From Octopus sinensis (lineage: Eukaryota): 64,000 nucleotides of DNA. The notes below the pieces were generated by a model. It was not told where the DNA came from. It searched no databases and saw nothing but the letters and a program-made list of their open reading frames with translations. Below, piece after piece: positions 36,887-49,980 of this stretch. A program made the position numbers and the translations under genes. Location of the stretch: NCBI RefSeq assembly GCF_006345805.1, contig NC_043000.1:33170001-33234000 (forward strand), given 5' to 3'. How positions within the stretch are numbered: the first letter of the stretch is position 1; each line of letters opens with the position of its first letter.

Positions 36887-37245
36887 TGTATGAGGAGGGG
36901 TCCATCTGCCAAAGCCACTCACGAGGCTTCGGTAGGCCTAGACTACAGTAGTTAAAAAAGCACCGGCCCAGTAGGACAGAACCCAGAACCATTTGGTGGG
37001 AATCAACCCCTTTATTTAAGTTAGTTTTCCCACAGCCCCCTTTCAATAAGCTTATCCTTATGCATATATGTTATATTTATATATGTATGTACGAGGGTGA
37101 AGAATTATATGCCTACTGTTTGTCTCCAGTTCATTTTTATATTCAGTATACGTTACGTTGTTTGTTTATAAATATTTTTTGTTTATAAATTTCATATATA
37201 TATATATATGTGTGTGTGGTGTGTGTGTTGTGTGTGTGTGTGTGT
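36470..37245. repeat. Near-identical tandem duplication of a ~375-bp unit (contains a SINE A fragment), bounded by (TG)n
   Basis: tttgtgtatgaggagggg...ataaatttcatatata occurs at ~36511-36830 and again at ~36883-37200. Confidence 0.95.
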
Positions 37246-37473
37246 GTATAAATATATATATAAATATTAGAGAATATGATTTCAAACTTACAGGGGAAAA
37301 TTCAATTTAGTAATACTAAATCAAATCTCACAATATATATACTAATTATATACTATTTATTTATTATTTCGTACTTAATTTAGTTCTAGGTAAATGTTTT
37401 ATCGTATCTTTAATTTTTTTCTATATGATATGATTTAATTATATTATTATTGAATTGCTACATGGTGGTTCTC

Positions 37474-37524
<51 letters not shown>

Positions 37525-37534
37525 GAAATTTTGA

Positions 37535-37608
37535 ATTTAGTTCACAGACCCCCAATATTTCCTTTGCAGACCACCAGGGGTCCGCAGACCCCAGGTTGGA
37601 AACAACTG
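37535..37608 (+). mobile_element. hAT-like terminal fragment
   Basis: ggggtccgcagaccccaggttggaaacaactg resembles the right end of hAT/Charlie-type non-autonomous elements. Confidence 0.5.
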
Positions 37609-37651
37609 ATCTAGGGCCTGGGTTATTACTAAATAATTATTGAGTAGTATC

Positions 37652-37830
37652 TAAGGCGGTGAATTAGCGGAATCTTTAGCACGCCGGATGAAATACTTGG
37701 CATATTTCGTCCGTTTTTACGTTCAAAGTTCAAGTTACGCCGGGGTAGACTTTATCTTTTCTCTTTTCGAGGTCGATAAAATACGTACCAGTTGAAGAGT
37801 GGGGTCGATTTGTCTTAGCTCCTACCCAAC
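37652..37830 (+). mobile_element. SINE family B, diverged
   Basis: aaggcggtgaattagcggaatc...gaggtcgataaaatacgtaccagttg...tggggtcgat. Confidence 0.7.
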
Positions 37831-38886
37831 TCCAAAAATCTGCTTCCAAATAAGGATATAATTTGCAGACAAGTAATTGTAATCCGCTCTTGCAGAAAAG
37901 CTGGCGTTGACGGGGAAACAAACGAAAGAATTAGTAGACAATTACTTAAAATAAAATCGTGGTAATCCTGTATTTGAAACATGGTGTTTCTGGTGTTTGC
38001 AACAAAGATACACGGTTGGAAAATGTCTGGCCTTCGGCAGAACAAAACCAAACAATTCTTAGTCATGTGTTTCATAATAAAGTTCTTAGGTTTTCCACCT
38101 TGAGTCTTGACATAAACATTGTTTTTGGTTCAAACATGTAAATATTCAAAATATATCAAAACATGTCAATATATGTGTGTGTGTGTGCATGCGTGTGGTG
38201 TATGTGCGTACGTGCGTGCGTGTAGGTTTGCTGATGCGAACAGGAAAACAGAACACAAAACATGAGTGTGTTTATATATATATATAGACCACAAAATAAT
38301 GAAAGAGATATTATGTAGATAGAGGAATTTATTTGTAAATGTAATGTGTATGTATATGTATATATCTATATATATCTATATATATAATTAATAATCGGTA
38401 GAAGTTAAAAATTCACTCAAGGGCCAAAAGTTTCGTTCTTTGGCATTGTTTAACTGTAACTTCTGCTGGTTATTAATATTATCTATATCTATCTACCTAT
38501 CTAGCTATCTTTACAAACACATGCACACACATGTATACATACATACATACATACATGTGTGTGTGCGCATACACACACATGCACGCATATATATATATAT
38601 ATATGATAAATAGATGTATTGTAAAAAATAATTATAATTGTCTTCGGTGGTATGTTTAAAACTTAGGAATTTAAACTTCATGTAAAATTTTCAAAATAAT
38701 AAACTCTCGAGTAAGTTAACAACTGATTAGTAAGTTAACAACTGAAAGAGCGCTGCTGCTGATGACGATGATAATGATGAGGAGAAGGAAAAGGAGGGTG
38801 GTGGTGGTGGTGGGCGTGGGGTGATTTTGGTCGAATGAAGGAAAATTTAAAACAATATTTTTGAAATATGTTTCAATGCCATATAT

Positions 38887-38894
<8 letters not shown>

Positions 38895-38948
<54 letters not shown>

Positions 38949-38949
38949 T

Positions 38950-38988
<39 letters not shown>

Positions 38989-38995
38989 TGTGTGT

Positions 38996-39040
<45 letters not shown>

Positions 39041-39241
39041 GTGTGTGTGTGCGTGCGTGTGTGTGTGTAGAGTGTTAGGTGTGATGTACAGAAATTGAAT
39101 ATTGAGAAACAATTATTCAGAACTTTGGAAAAAAATCCTTTTATTTCTTCGTTATTATTAGCGGATTCGTTCCTCTCTAGAACTTGTCAAATAAAATTTT
39201 GTGAACATACATACATATATATTATATATATATACATATAC

Positions 39242-39274
<33 letters not shown>

Positions 39275-39485
39275 TATATACATATATATACATATATACA
39301 TATACATATATACATATATACATATACATATATATATACATATATATACACATATATATATACATATACATATATATATACATATACACATATACACATA
39401 TATATATACACATATATATATACATATACATATATACATATACATATATATATATACACATATACATATATATATATACATATAC

Positions 39486-39518
<33 letters not shown>

Positions 39519-39882
39519 TATATACATATATACATATATACATATACATATATACATATATACATATACATATATATACATATATATACACATATATATA
39601 TACATACACATATACATATATATACACATATACACATATATATATATACACATATATATATACATATACATATATACATATACATATATATATACATATA
39701 CACATATACATATATATATACATATACACATACACATATATACATATACATATATATACATATACACATACACATATACATATATATACATATACACATA
39801 CACATATATATACATATATATATATACACATACACATATATACAAATATATACATATACACATACACATATACATATATATA
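38895..39882. repeat. (TG)n run followed by a ~680-bp TA/TACA compound microsatellite
   Basis: Visible directly. Confidence 0.97.
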
Positions 39883-40061
39883 TAAACAACTTATAAAGAG
39901 GGGCAAAAGAAAAACTATTTCCATGCCAATATACTGACAACAGACATTTAATCGTTTACAAGTGAATGTAAAATGAAATGTGGAAATCGACGCTTAAATG
40001 TCTGTTCTCAGTATATTGGCATGGAAATAATTTTCTTTTGCCCCTCTTTATAAGTTGTTTA
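39883..40061. mobile_element. MITE-like foldback, ~68-bp arms
   Basis: 39884-39951 is almost the exact reverse complement of 39994-40060. TA lies at both outer edges. Confidence 0.7.
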
Positions 40062-40148
40062 CAATTTTACCTTTAAAGATATTTTAATATGCTGCCACTT
40101 TTGATGAAATATTTTTCTGAAAAAAACTTTATCCTATATTAGTAGTAG

Positions 40149-40195
<47 letters not shown>

Positions 40196-40403
40196 TCGTC
40201 TGATACACGATTTATAAGAATATAGGTTGAATAACAATAGATAGCAGGTAGATAGTAATGGTAGTAGTAGTGGTGGTGGTGGTGGTGGTGCTGGAGGTCG
40301 AATTGGTAACACGTCACTGGACTAAAGAATAGTTGGGTGGTTTTGTGTGAGCGAGTGTGAAATCTGAGAGTAAGTGATGTGCGAGTTTGAAAGTATGTAT
40401 GAA

Positions 40404-40436
<33 letters not shown>

Positions 40437-40589
40437 ATATGCATGTGTGAGCTAATTCACAGAGAGGTGAGTATGTAACGGGGGGGAGGTCGTGAGGGAG
40501 GACATGGGTGTGAGCTCGAGAGAATGTATGTCAGAAAAAGTGGCTTTAAGTAAGCATGCGTCTCTGCGTGTATGTGTCGAGAGAGCGAG

Positions 40590-40965
40590 ACGACGTGTGT
40601 ATATGTGTGTGTGTATGTGTGTGTGTATGTCTGTGTATGTGTATGTGTGTGTGCATGTGTGTGTGTGCGTGTGTGTGCATGTGTGTGTATGTGTGTGTGT
40701 GTGTGTGTGTGTATGTGTTTGTATATGTGTTTGTATATTTGTGTGTATATGTTTGTATATTTGTGTGTATATGTGTGTGTATATGTGTGTGTATATGTGT
40801 GTATATGTGTGTGTATATGTGTGTATATGTGTGTGAATGTGTGTATGTGTGTATGTGTGTGTATATGTGTATGTGTGTGCGTGTGTGTGAGTGAGAGAGA
40901 GAAAAAGAATGAGACGGAAAAATGTGTGTGTACGTGCGTGTACGAGACAGCGAGACAGAAAGTGT

Positions 40966-41012
<47 letters not shown>

Positions 41013-41015
41013 TGT
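40590..41015. repeat. (TG)n/(TATG)n compound microsatellite
   Basis: Visible directly. Confidence 0.95.
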
Positions 41016-41609
41016 GCCTATTTGTATGATAAGCTTTTGATGTTTGTATTGGATACCCCACCCCGACCCTCAACTGGTTTAATCAGTGGAAACAGAATGA
41101 ACCTCCGACTGTTTCAGAATCTCCCGTCTTTCTTTTGACCATTTCTATTTCATCTTTTTTATAAACTGCTTAAGAATATAAACACACACACACACACACA
41201 AACGCAAATCTATACGAAAAGAAAATACCTTGAGAACTTGTAAACTCAGAAAGCAAATATTTACTTTTACATGTTAACGTTTTACATGTTGCATATTTTA
41301 CAATATTTCATTTTACATGTTTTACAAGTCTTTTTACAAAAGAGGTTGATGGCACTGTAAGAGAATGGTAAATAAATAAAATTAATCATTCAAGATATCA
41401 TTTCTGGAAGATCACTTTTCTTTTATTATGCAATTCACATTACGCTTTTAGTCGTCCGGTGCCAACTAAAGCTAATTAATGACAGGTGTTCTAATAATAA
41501 TTCTTTTTGTATCCAAAAACGGTAGAATCATCTTTAGAAGGAATAAACACTGAGATTCCACCAATGAACATAGTCTGAATGGGTTACTAATCCTATTGAA
41601 ACTAGAAAT

Positions 41610-42288
41610 AACCTTTTCCTTTTATAGGGACACAAGGCCGGACATTTTGGAAGAGGGGGTAAGTCGATTTGTTTCTTTACTACCTATAAGGGGCTAAACA
41701 CAGAGAGGACAAACAAGAACAGACAAACGGATTAAGTCGATTATGTCGACCCCAGTGCGTAACTGGTACTTAATTTATCGACCCCGAAAGGATGAAAGGC
41801 AAAGTCGACCTCGGCGGAATTTGAACCCAGAACGTAACGGCAGACGAAATACGGCTACGCATTTCTCCCGGCGTGCTAACGATTCTGCTAGCTCGCCGCC
41901 TTGTAGTAGGGTAAGTCGATGACTTCGACCCTGGCGTTCAACTGGTATTTATTTCATCGACCCCGAAAGGTAAAGTTGGCCTCGGTGGCATTTGAACTCA
42001 GAATATAAAGACGGACTAAATGCTGCACAGCCTTTTGCCCGCCGCTTTGAAGCAACTAACATTTTTTTCTACTGAAGGCACAAGGCCGTGACATTTTTGG
42101 CGGGAGAGGACTAGTCGATTACATCAGCCCTGAGTACCATCAAACTGGTACTTAGTTTATCGACCCCGAAAGGGTGAACGGCAAAGTCGACCTCGGCGAA
42201 ATTTGAACTCAGAACGTAAAGACAGACGAAATGCCGTTGAGCACTTAGTTCGGTGCGCTAACGTTTCTGCCAGCTCGCCGCCTTGAAA
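41610..42288 (-). mobile_element. Cluster of three SINE family B units
   Basis: Repeated actggtac..aatttatcgaccccgaaagg...gacctcggcggaatttgaac.cagaa at ~41760, ~41940 and ~42145. Confidence 0.88.
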
Positions 42289-42805
42289 ACAACAACTCAT
42301 AACAAACTTAAAACTTGTAGTTGTGAGACTAAGAAAGCTTGATCGTTAAACGGAAATTGCTCAAAATTATAATAAATAAATGGAGGACAATTACGAATGC
42401 TTACACTAAGAAACACGTTCGTCCAAAGGCCAACTTTCTGTTATGCATATGTCCACTCCCTTACAAGTTCAAAGATGCACTCAACTTCTTTAGCGGAATC
42501 TTAGTTACATGTCAAAAACTTAGACATTGAGGATAGATTGGTGTGGACCATTGCAAGATTCGCAACACCATTCAGGGTGTGCATTTCAATTATACTCTCA
42601 GCAGGAAATAAAAACTGTAGTCTTTAAGTCAGCACCTCTGAATAAATGACAGAAAGTATTTATAACAGCAATCAAAAGACTTTTCGTACTATTAAATGCT
42701 ATAAGAAAAATAAAGGATTTATATTCACCGAAAATTCACATGCCAGACAAAGTCCATTTCTGTTGTCACTAATTTTATACCTCTATATCCTTAAAAAAAT
42801 GTATA

Positions 42806-43188
42806 TCTTTATATATAAAAGTGAAGTTGTGTGAGTTAGATTCCTAACTACTCCCACATTTTGCGGTGCAGTTTAACCAAAACCGGGTATCTTATAGTCG
42901 TGATTCATATCGAGCCCTTCTGGGTACTAGCGCGCGTCTACGGTGAGTCTACGATTTAAAAAAAAAATTACCATCATTTTTTCCCATTTTAATGCATTTT
43001 TCGCTATTATATAAGGGAAGTAACTCTCTAAAAATGTCTACGATGAGTCAACGATTTAAAAAAGAATTTACCATCATTTTTTTTCCATTTTTAATGCATT
43101 TTTTACTATTTTTTGGCTATAACTCTCTAAAAATGCTTATATAGTTATTTCCCTTACAAACCCGAGCAACGCCGGGCGATACTGCTAG
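42806..43188 (+). mobile_element. Helitron-like non-autonomous element
   Basis: 5' A|TC and 3' CTAG|T termini, with a subterminal hairpin cccgagcaacgccggg. Confidence 0.75.
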
Positions 43189-43557
43189 TTTTTCATAAAT
43201 TTATAACACACTCCTCCATTAACTCCCTCTTTCACTCTCTCTTTTATTCTCTGTCCCCCCCTCTCTATTCAATGTAAAGCGTGACTAGAGATAATAACCA
43301 ACCAACATCATTCCCATCCTGTAGCGTTCTGTTACTCATTTCCTGCCACCAAGCATTACTTCCCACCGTCCCGCATCTCTTATGTTAATTTTCCATGTCT
43401 CTTTTACTCTTGCTGCTCCTCTCTTTAAGCTATGTAAAGCGTGACTGGACAAATCAACCAACGTTTATATAATTAAAAGGCATGAAGATCCATCCGAAAC
43501 AAAATTGGATGCGTCTCTCAAACCGGCAGCGCAGGGGGCCGTTATTTGAGCATACGG

Positions 43558-43862
43558 GCAAGATGTCGGGAATACCAGGGCCTGCCGATGATATCCAAGC
43601 AGATTATTCCTCCGATGAGATGCAAACCAGAATATCCCAGAATCAAATATCCTGCAGCGAGCAATGCGGGACTCTGGAGGGAGCTCGATGAATTCGCCAG
43701 GCACTGCATAAAGAACTGAGTAAGGTGCGGCAGGAGAAGCGGTCGAAGGCCTCCGGAGATATTTTCGCATAAGATTTGCAAGAAACACTGCGGCGTTAAA
43801 GAGAAAACCACAAAGCCACCAGCTGAGGCTTGCTGGCAAAGACGAATGGAAGTTTTGCGGAA
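43558..43862 (+). mobile_element. HERO-like (RLE-type LINE) N-terminal ORF fragment
   Basis: RIKYPAASNAGLWRELDE, then GDIF and (frameshift) HKICKKHCGVKEK...QRRMEVLRK. This resembles the KWP...W..LD....GDIIY..C..RFG.KE pattern I recall from HERO/NeSL-related elements. Confidence 0.5.
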
Positions 43863-43879
43863 ATATTACTACTAGCGCT

Positions 43880-44392
43880 AATACTACCAATGTTGTTGCT
43901 ACTCCTATTAGTACTGTTGCTACTACTACTACTACTACTACTAATATTAGTAGTGCTACTACTACTACTACTGCTACTACTATTACTAGTAGTAGTGCTA
44001 CTACTACTACTACTGCTATTACTAGTAGTAGTGCTACTACTACTACTACTGCTACTACTATTACTAGTAGTAGTGCTACTACTATTACTAGTAGTAGTGC
44101 TACTACTATTACTAGTAGTAGTGCTACTACTATTACTAGTAGTAGTGCTACTACTACTACTACTACTGCTACTACTACTATTGGTAGTGCTACTACTACT
44201 ACTACTATTTGTAGTGCTACTACTACTACTACTATTAGTAGTGTTACTACTACTACTACTAGTGGTAGTGCTACTACTACTAGTGGTAGTTCTACTACTA
44301 CTACTACTAGTAGTAGTGCTACTACACTACTACTACTAGTAGTAGTAGTAGTAGTAGTGCTACTGCTACTACTACTACTACTACTACTACAA
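43880..44392. repeat. (TAC)n/(TAG)n mosaic trinucleotide tract with higher-order units
   Basis: Visible directly; the poly-L/V ORF is an artefact of it. Confidence 0.95.
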
Positions 44393-45469
44393 TTTATTGC
44401 TGTTTCTGTCTGTTATGAATATGACATTTGAGCACATTTTTTTTACTCCTGAAATAAAAAAAACACGAGCCAAAACAAAGCGTAGAGTTCTTTGTTTGTG
44501 CGAAGAATGGACACGTGCGCTGGCGCCGCCGAAATGTTTATAAATGTTTGTGGATAGAGATATAGGGTGTTGCGTGAAGACGTGTGCCTACATAGTATAC
44601 ATACGTACGTGCGTGTGTGAGCGTATATATGTGTAATCATGTGCGTACCAGTATATTTAGACATTTAAAAAATACACAAATACACATATAAAAATATACA
44701 ATTGCAAATGCATAGTACATTGACATGAATATCTATTCATCTTGATACACTTTATAAATAATAGGTACATATATACATATTCAGGGAAACACACACTCAC
44801 GCACATGCACGCATGTGTGTGCATATTATATATATATATACCTTTCTCATCCTGTATACCTATATATATATATACAGGTACATACGTACATACATACATA
44901 CATTCGTATGTATGTATGTATGTATGTATGTATGTATGTATGTATGTATGTATGTATGTATGTGAGTGCGCACACCTGTAGCCTGTATATGCGTGCGTGT
45001 GTGCGTGCGTCTCGGCATAGAGGCGGTGTGTTTCTACGCATGTATTTCATGGTCGCACACCCAATCAGACAATGTTTAATGTTCCTCGATACAGGTATGA
45101 ACACAAGAATAGACACACGGCTGCGTTTGTGCCGACCCACATCAACCAATGCTCACTTCACAGACGCATTGTCCTCTCGCTCTCTCTCTTACAATAACTG
45201 CAGCCGCAGTTACACAAAATACAACACCGCAGCAATTGGACATGGACTGACAAGAATAGCTCCAGAAAGGGCACCCGAGGACCCACTTTAATGTTAAGAT
45301 ATTATTATACTGACATTACACACACATTTGCTACACTCCTGTAGGTGCATGTTTGTGAGAGAGTATATATATATATATATATATATTAATAAATAAAACA
45401 TATGCATATATATATACATATATGTACGTACCTACCTCTACATGTATATATACACGCATATATGAGTAC

Positions 45470-45862
45470 AGGACACCAAAAAAACGTCGAACACAATGAG
45501 AAACGAAAACATAGACACAAACCCAAGGAACCGGACATTTTTCTTAAACAACAACAAAAAATAGAGTACAGGACAAGTAACACAAGGAAAAAACCCCTTC
45601 TTCAGTCGCCATGGTTTCGAAGGTGAAGGCGAGACGTATCTTCGATAGAAACTTTCCTTCCTGCGAAAAGCATATATATATATATATATATATATTGATA
45701 GAAATGGTAAGACAACAAAAGAATGAAAGCGACCTCGATATTATGTAAATAAAGGAATTTATCTGTAAATATAATATGTGATAATTATTCGGTAGCCGTG
45801 ATAAAACTGACATCCGAAACTCGGTGTTTTATCATGGCTACCGAATAATTGTCACATATTAG
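45470..45862 (-). mobile_element. PLE pseudo-LTR-like element(s) ending in a 35-bp-arm hairpin
   Basis: Minus strand has ttcgaaaccatggcgactgaagaagggg, and the plus strand has catccgaaactcgg; both are partial hammerhead-like motifs. Inverted arms lie at 45773-45807 and 45826-45860. Confidence 0.4.
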
Positions 45863-45869
45863 ATTTAAA

Positions 45870-45910
45870 GATATATACATATACACATATACATATATAC
45901 ATACATATAT

Positions 45911-45941
<31 letters not shown>

Positions 45942-46700
45942 TGCATACATATATACATAGATACATACATATATACATAGATACATACATATATAAGCAT
46001 ATACATACATACATATATAAGCATATACATACATACATACATACATATATATACATAGATACATACATATATAAGCATATACATACATACATATATATAC
46101 ATAGATACATACATATATAAGCATATACATACATACATATATATACATAGATACATACATATATAAGCATATACATAAATACATATATATACATAGATAC
46201 ATACATATATAAGCATATACATACATACATATACATACATATATATGCATATACATACATATACATACATACATATATACATACATACATACATATGTAC
46301 ATACATATATACATACATATATACATACATACATATATATATATACATACATACATATATATATACATACATATATACATACATATATACATACATATAT
46401 ACATACATACATACATATATACATACATATACATATACATACATACATATACATATACATACATACATACATACATATACATATATATATATACATACAT
46501 ACATACATACATCCATACATACATATATATACAAACATATATACATACATACATACATATATATACAAACATATATATACATATATATACATACATACAT
46601 ACATATATATACATACATATACATACATATATATACATATATATACATATATATACATATATATACATACATATATATACATATATATACATATATATAC

Positions 46701-46737
<37 letters not shown>

Positions 46738-46796
46738 CACATATATACATACATATATATATACATACATATACATATATATATACATACATATAC

Positions 46797-46841
<45 letters not shown>

Positions 46842-46990
46842 CATACACATATATACATACACATATATACATACACATATATACATACACATATATACAT
46901 ACACATACACACATATATACATACACATATATACATACACACACACACACACATATATATATACATACACACACACACACACACACATAC
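45870..46990. repeat. ~1.1-kb TA/TACA compound microsatellite
   Basis: Visible directly; it is the source of the 270-409-aa pseudo-ORFs. Confidence 0.98.
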
Positions 46991-46991
46991 G

Positions 46992-47142
46992 ATGAGCTTC
47001 TTTCAGTTTCCGTCTACCAAATCCACTCAAGACTTTGGTTGGCCCAAGGCTATAGTAGAAAACACTCGTCCACGCTACCACGCAGTGGGATTGAACTCGG
47101 AATCCTGTAGTCGGGCAGCAAGCTTCTTACCACACAGCCACG
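46992..47142 (-). mobile_element. SINE family A, 5' half
   Basis: cttctttcagtttccgtctaccaaatccactc...agcttcttaccacacagccac. Confidence 0.85.
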
Positions 47143-47243
47143 TCTATATAATATAATAAATACACACACATAATTATATTATATACATATGTATATATAT
47201 ACATACATACATACACATATATATACATACATACATACATACA

Positions 47244-47291
<48 letters not shown>

Positions 47292-47474
47292 CATATATAT
47301 ACGCATGCATATATATATACGCATACATATATATACATACACACATACACACACACATACATACATACATACATACATACATAAGTTCAGCAAAATTTAG
47401 AATCAGATGAATATGGTACTTAATTTAAAGGCACTAGAATTTGGTATGGTGTTATCTATATAAATCACCCCATT

Positions 47475-47511
<37 letters not shown>

Positions 47512-47827
47512 GAGAGAGAGAGAAAGAGAGAGAGAGGGAGAGAGACACACACACACAGTAGAAAATGGATTGAACAACATTATTTTAAACCACTACAGTT
47601 GTTTGGGCGCATCGTCACCCTCGTAGATGTTGAGATGATCTAAATAACATGCGTGATCATTATATTCCATCCAAGGTGTATGATGCTCTCCTTCGGGTGA
47701 TTGCTTAACAACAACAACAACAACAACAGCAACGGCATGAATAACAATAGGAACAACAAAAATTGCAACAACAGCAGTATCACTCACATCACTACCACTG
47801 GCTATAACAACACTAACAACTACAAAT

Positions 47828-48243
47828 ATTCTTTTCTACTTTAGGTATAAGGCCCAAAAGTTTTGGGAGATGGGGACTAGTCAACGATTAGATCGACCCC
47901 AATACGCAACTGGTATTTAATTTATCGACCCCGAAAGAAGGAAAGCCAAAGTCGTCCTAGGCGGAATTTGAAGTCAGAACGTTACGACAGACGAAATATC
48001 TATTTCTTTACTACCCACAAGGGGCTAAACACAGAGGAGACAAACAACGACAGACAAACGGATTAAGTCCATTACATCGACCTCAGTGCGGAACTGGTAC
48101 TTATTCAATCGACCCCGAAAGGATGAAAGGCAAAGTCGACCTCGGCGGAATTTGAACTCAAAACGTAGCGGCAGACAAAATACCTATTTCTTTACTACCC
48201 ACAAGGGGCTAAACACAGAGGGGATAAACAAGGACAGACAAAC
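47828..48243 (-). mobile_element. SINE family B tandem multimer
   Basis: Two cores plus repeated ctacccacaaggggctaaacacagagg spacers. Confidence 0.85.
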
Positions 48244-48384
48244 GGTGGTGGTGGTGGTGAGGATGGTGGTGGTGAGGATGGTGAGGGTATTGTCATTGCG
48301 ATGGTGATGGTGACGCGAGGGGCGTTATTGTTGTACATGTTGTGGTGGTGGTGGTACGAGGGAAATATTTTTAAAAGGTGCACG

Positions 48385-48750
48385 CGTGACTGTGTGACGA
48401 GTAGCTTGATTCCCAGCCACGCGCGCGGCACCTTGGGCAAGTGTTTTATATCAGCCTCGGACCGGCCAAAGCTTTGTGAGTGGATTTCGTAGACAGGAAC
48501 TGAAAGAAGCCCGTCGTATATTTGTATATATACATGTGTATATGTGTGTTCGTATGTGTGTGTGTTTAGCCCCATCATCGCTTGACAACCGGTGCTGGTA
48601 TGTTTTCGTCCTGGTAACTTAGCAGTTCGGCAAAAGAAACAGGATAAATACCAGGCTTTAAAAAAGGTCCTGGGGTCGACAAATTCGCCGAAAAATTCAT
48701 CAAGGCTGTGCCCCAGCATGGCCACAGTCTAACGACTGAAACAGGTAATA
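48385..48750 (+). mobile_element. SINE family A
   Basis: ggcaccttgggcaagtg...gaaagaagcccgtcg...gctgtgccccagcatggccacagtctaacgactgaaaca. Confidence 0.85.
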
Positions 48751-49059
48751 CATAAAAAGATTAAAGAAATATGATTTATTGAACAAGACTGATGATAGAT
48801 TTAAGAAGTATTTCAATATTAAGAAAATATCCCGGAACCAGCCACTGTTGCTTCTTCCTGCTGTTGTTGTTGTTGTTGTTGCTATTATCATTTATCTGTT
48901 CCCGACCTTCATTAAGGAGCAAACCTATAACCAAAGACGTTCCAGTTGTGACCTTACAGATTTTTTTTTTTATTCACAGTGTCTTCTTTCCTGACGTTAT
49001 AATTTTAGACAATATTTTGTACTCGCTATATACGACACAACAACACAATCTACTTTTCT

Positions 49060-49234
49060 TTTACTTGTTTCAGTCATTTGATTGCGGCCATGCTGGAGCA
49101 CCACCTTTCGTCGAACAAATCGACCCCAGGACTTATTCTTTGTAAGCCGAGTACTTATTCTATCACTCACTTTTGCCGAACCGCTAAGTTACGGGGACGT
49201 AAACACACCAACATCAGTTGTCAAGCTATGGTTG

Positions 49235-49302
<68 letters not shown>

Positions 49303-49462
49303 GACGGGCTTCTTTCAGTTTCCATCTACCAAATCCACTCACAAGGCTTTGGTCGACCCGAGGGTATAGTAGAAAATATTTGCCCAAGGTGCCACGCAGT
49401 GGGACTGAACTCGGAATCATATGGTTAGTAAGCAGGCTACTTACCAGACAGCCACTCGTGCG
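49060..49462 (-). mobile_element. SINE family A, near full length
   Basis: Reverse complement of the family A head, body and tail. Confidence 0.9.
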
Positions 49463-49786
49463 CATCATTATGTACTTGTCATATCGGACACAATACTTTT
49501 ATGTACTATCTGTATACCAGAGAACAGCATTATATAATAGAATGCTATAATGTACTCGCGACATATAATGCAATATCGTTTAGTACATGCGATTTATGAT
49601 ACAATAGCATTGTTCAACACAATACCATTTGTACTGACTGACAATACTGTTGCATGTACTTGTTGTATACCATGCAGCCTTATTATGTATTTATATCAAC
49701 AGAATATACACCAACCGTTTACAGAGAATCACTCCTTTCACTAACCATCTTATACTTTGGTTTGTAGAGAAAGTATATTGTTATTA

Positions 49787-49980
49787 ATCTTTAATCTAAC
49801 CGCTTTGATCGAGGGTTCATATTTAATCTAAACGATTTTATTAAAGCTTCATCTTTAATCTAACCGCTTTTATTACTGGTTCATCTTTAATCTAACCACT
49901 GTTATTTATGGTTAATCTTTAATTTAACCACTTTTATTAAGGGTTGATAAGTAATCTAATCTTTAATCTGACCACGGTTA
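49787..49980. repeat. Degenerate 32-bp minisatellite, about 6 units
   Basis: atctttaatctaacc recurs with a 32-bp period. Confidence 0.85.

Noticed and set aside
47593-47700. WMEYNDHACY resembling a C-type lectin N-terminal WxxYxxHCY
   Set aside because: The spacing is off, there is no upstream Cys, a stop follows soon after, and there are no convincing splice sites.
49787-49980. CRISPR-like repeat/spacer appearance
   Set aside because: The variable parts are mutually homologous and only ~12-17 nt, there are no cas genes, and the context is eukaryotic. It is a minisatellite.
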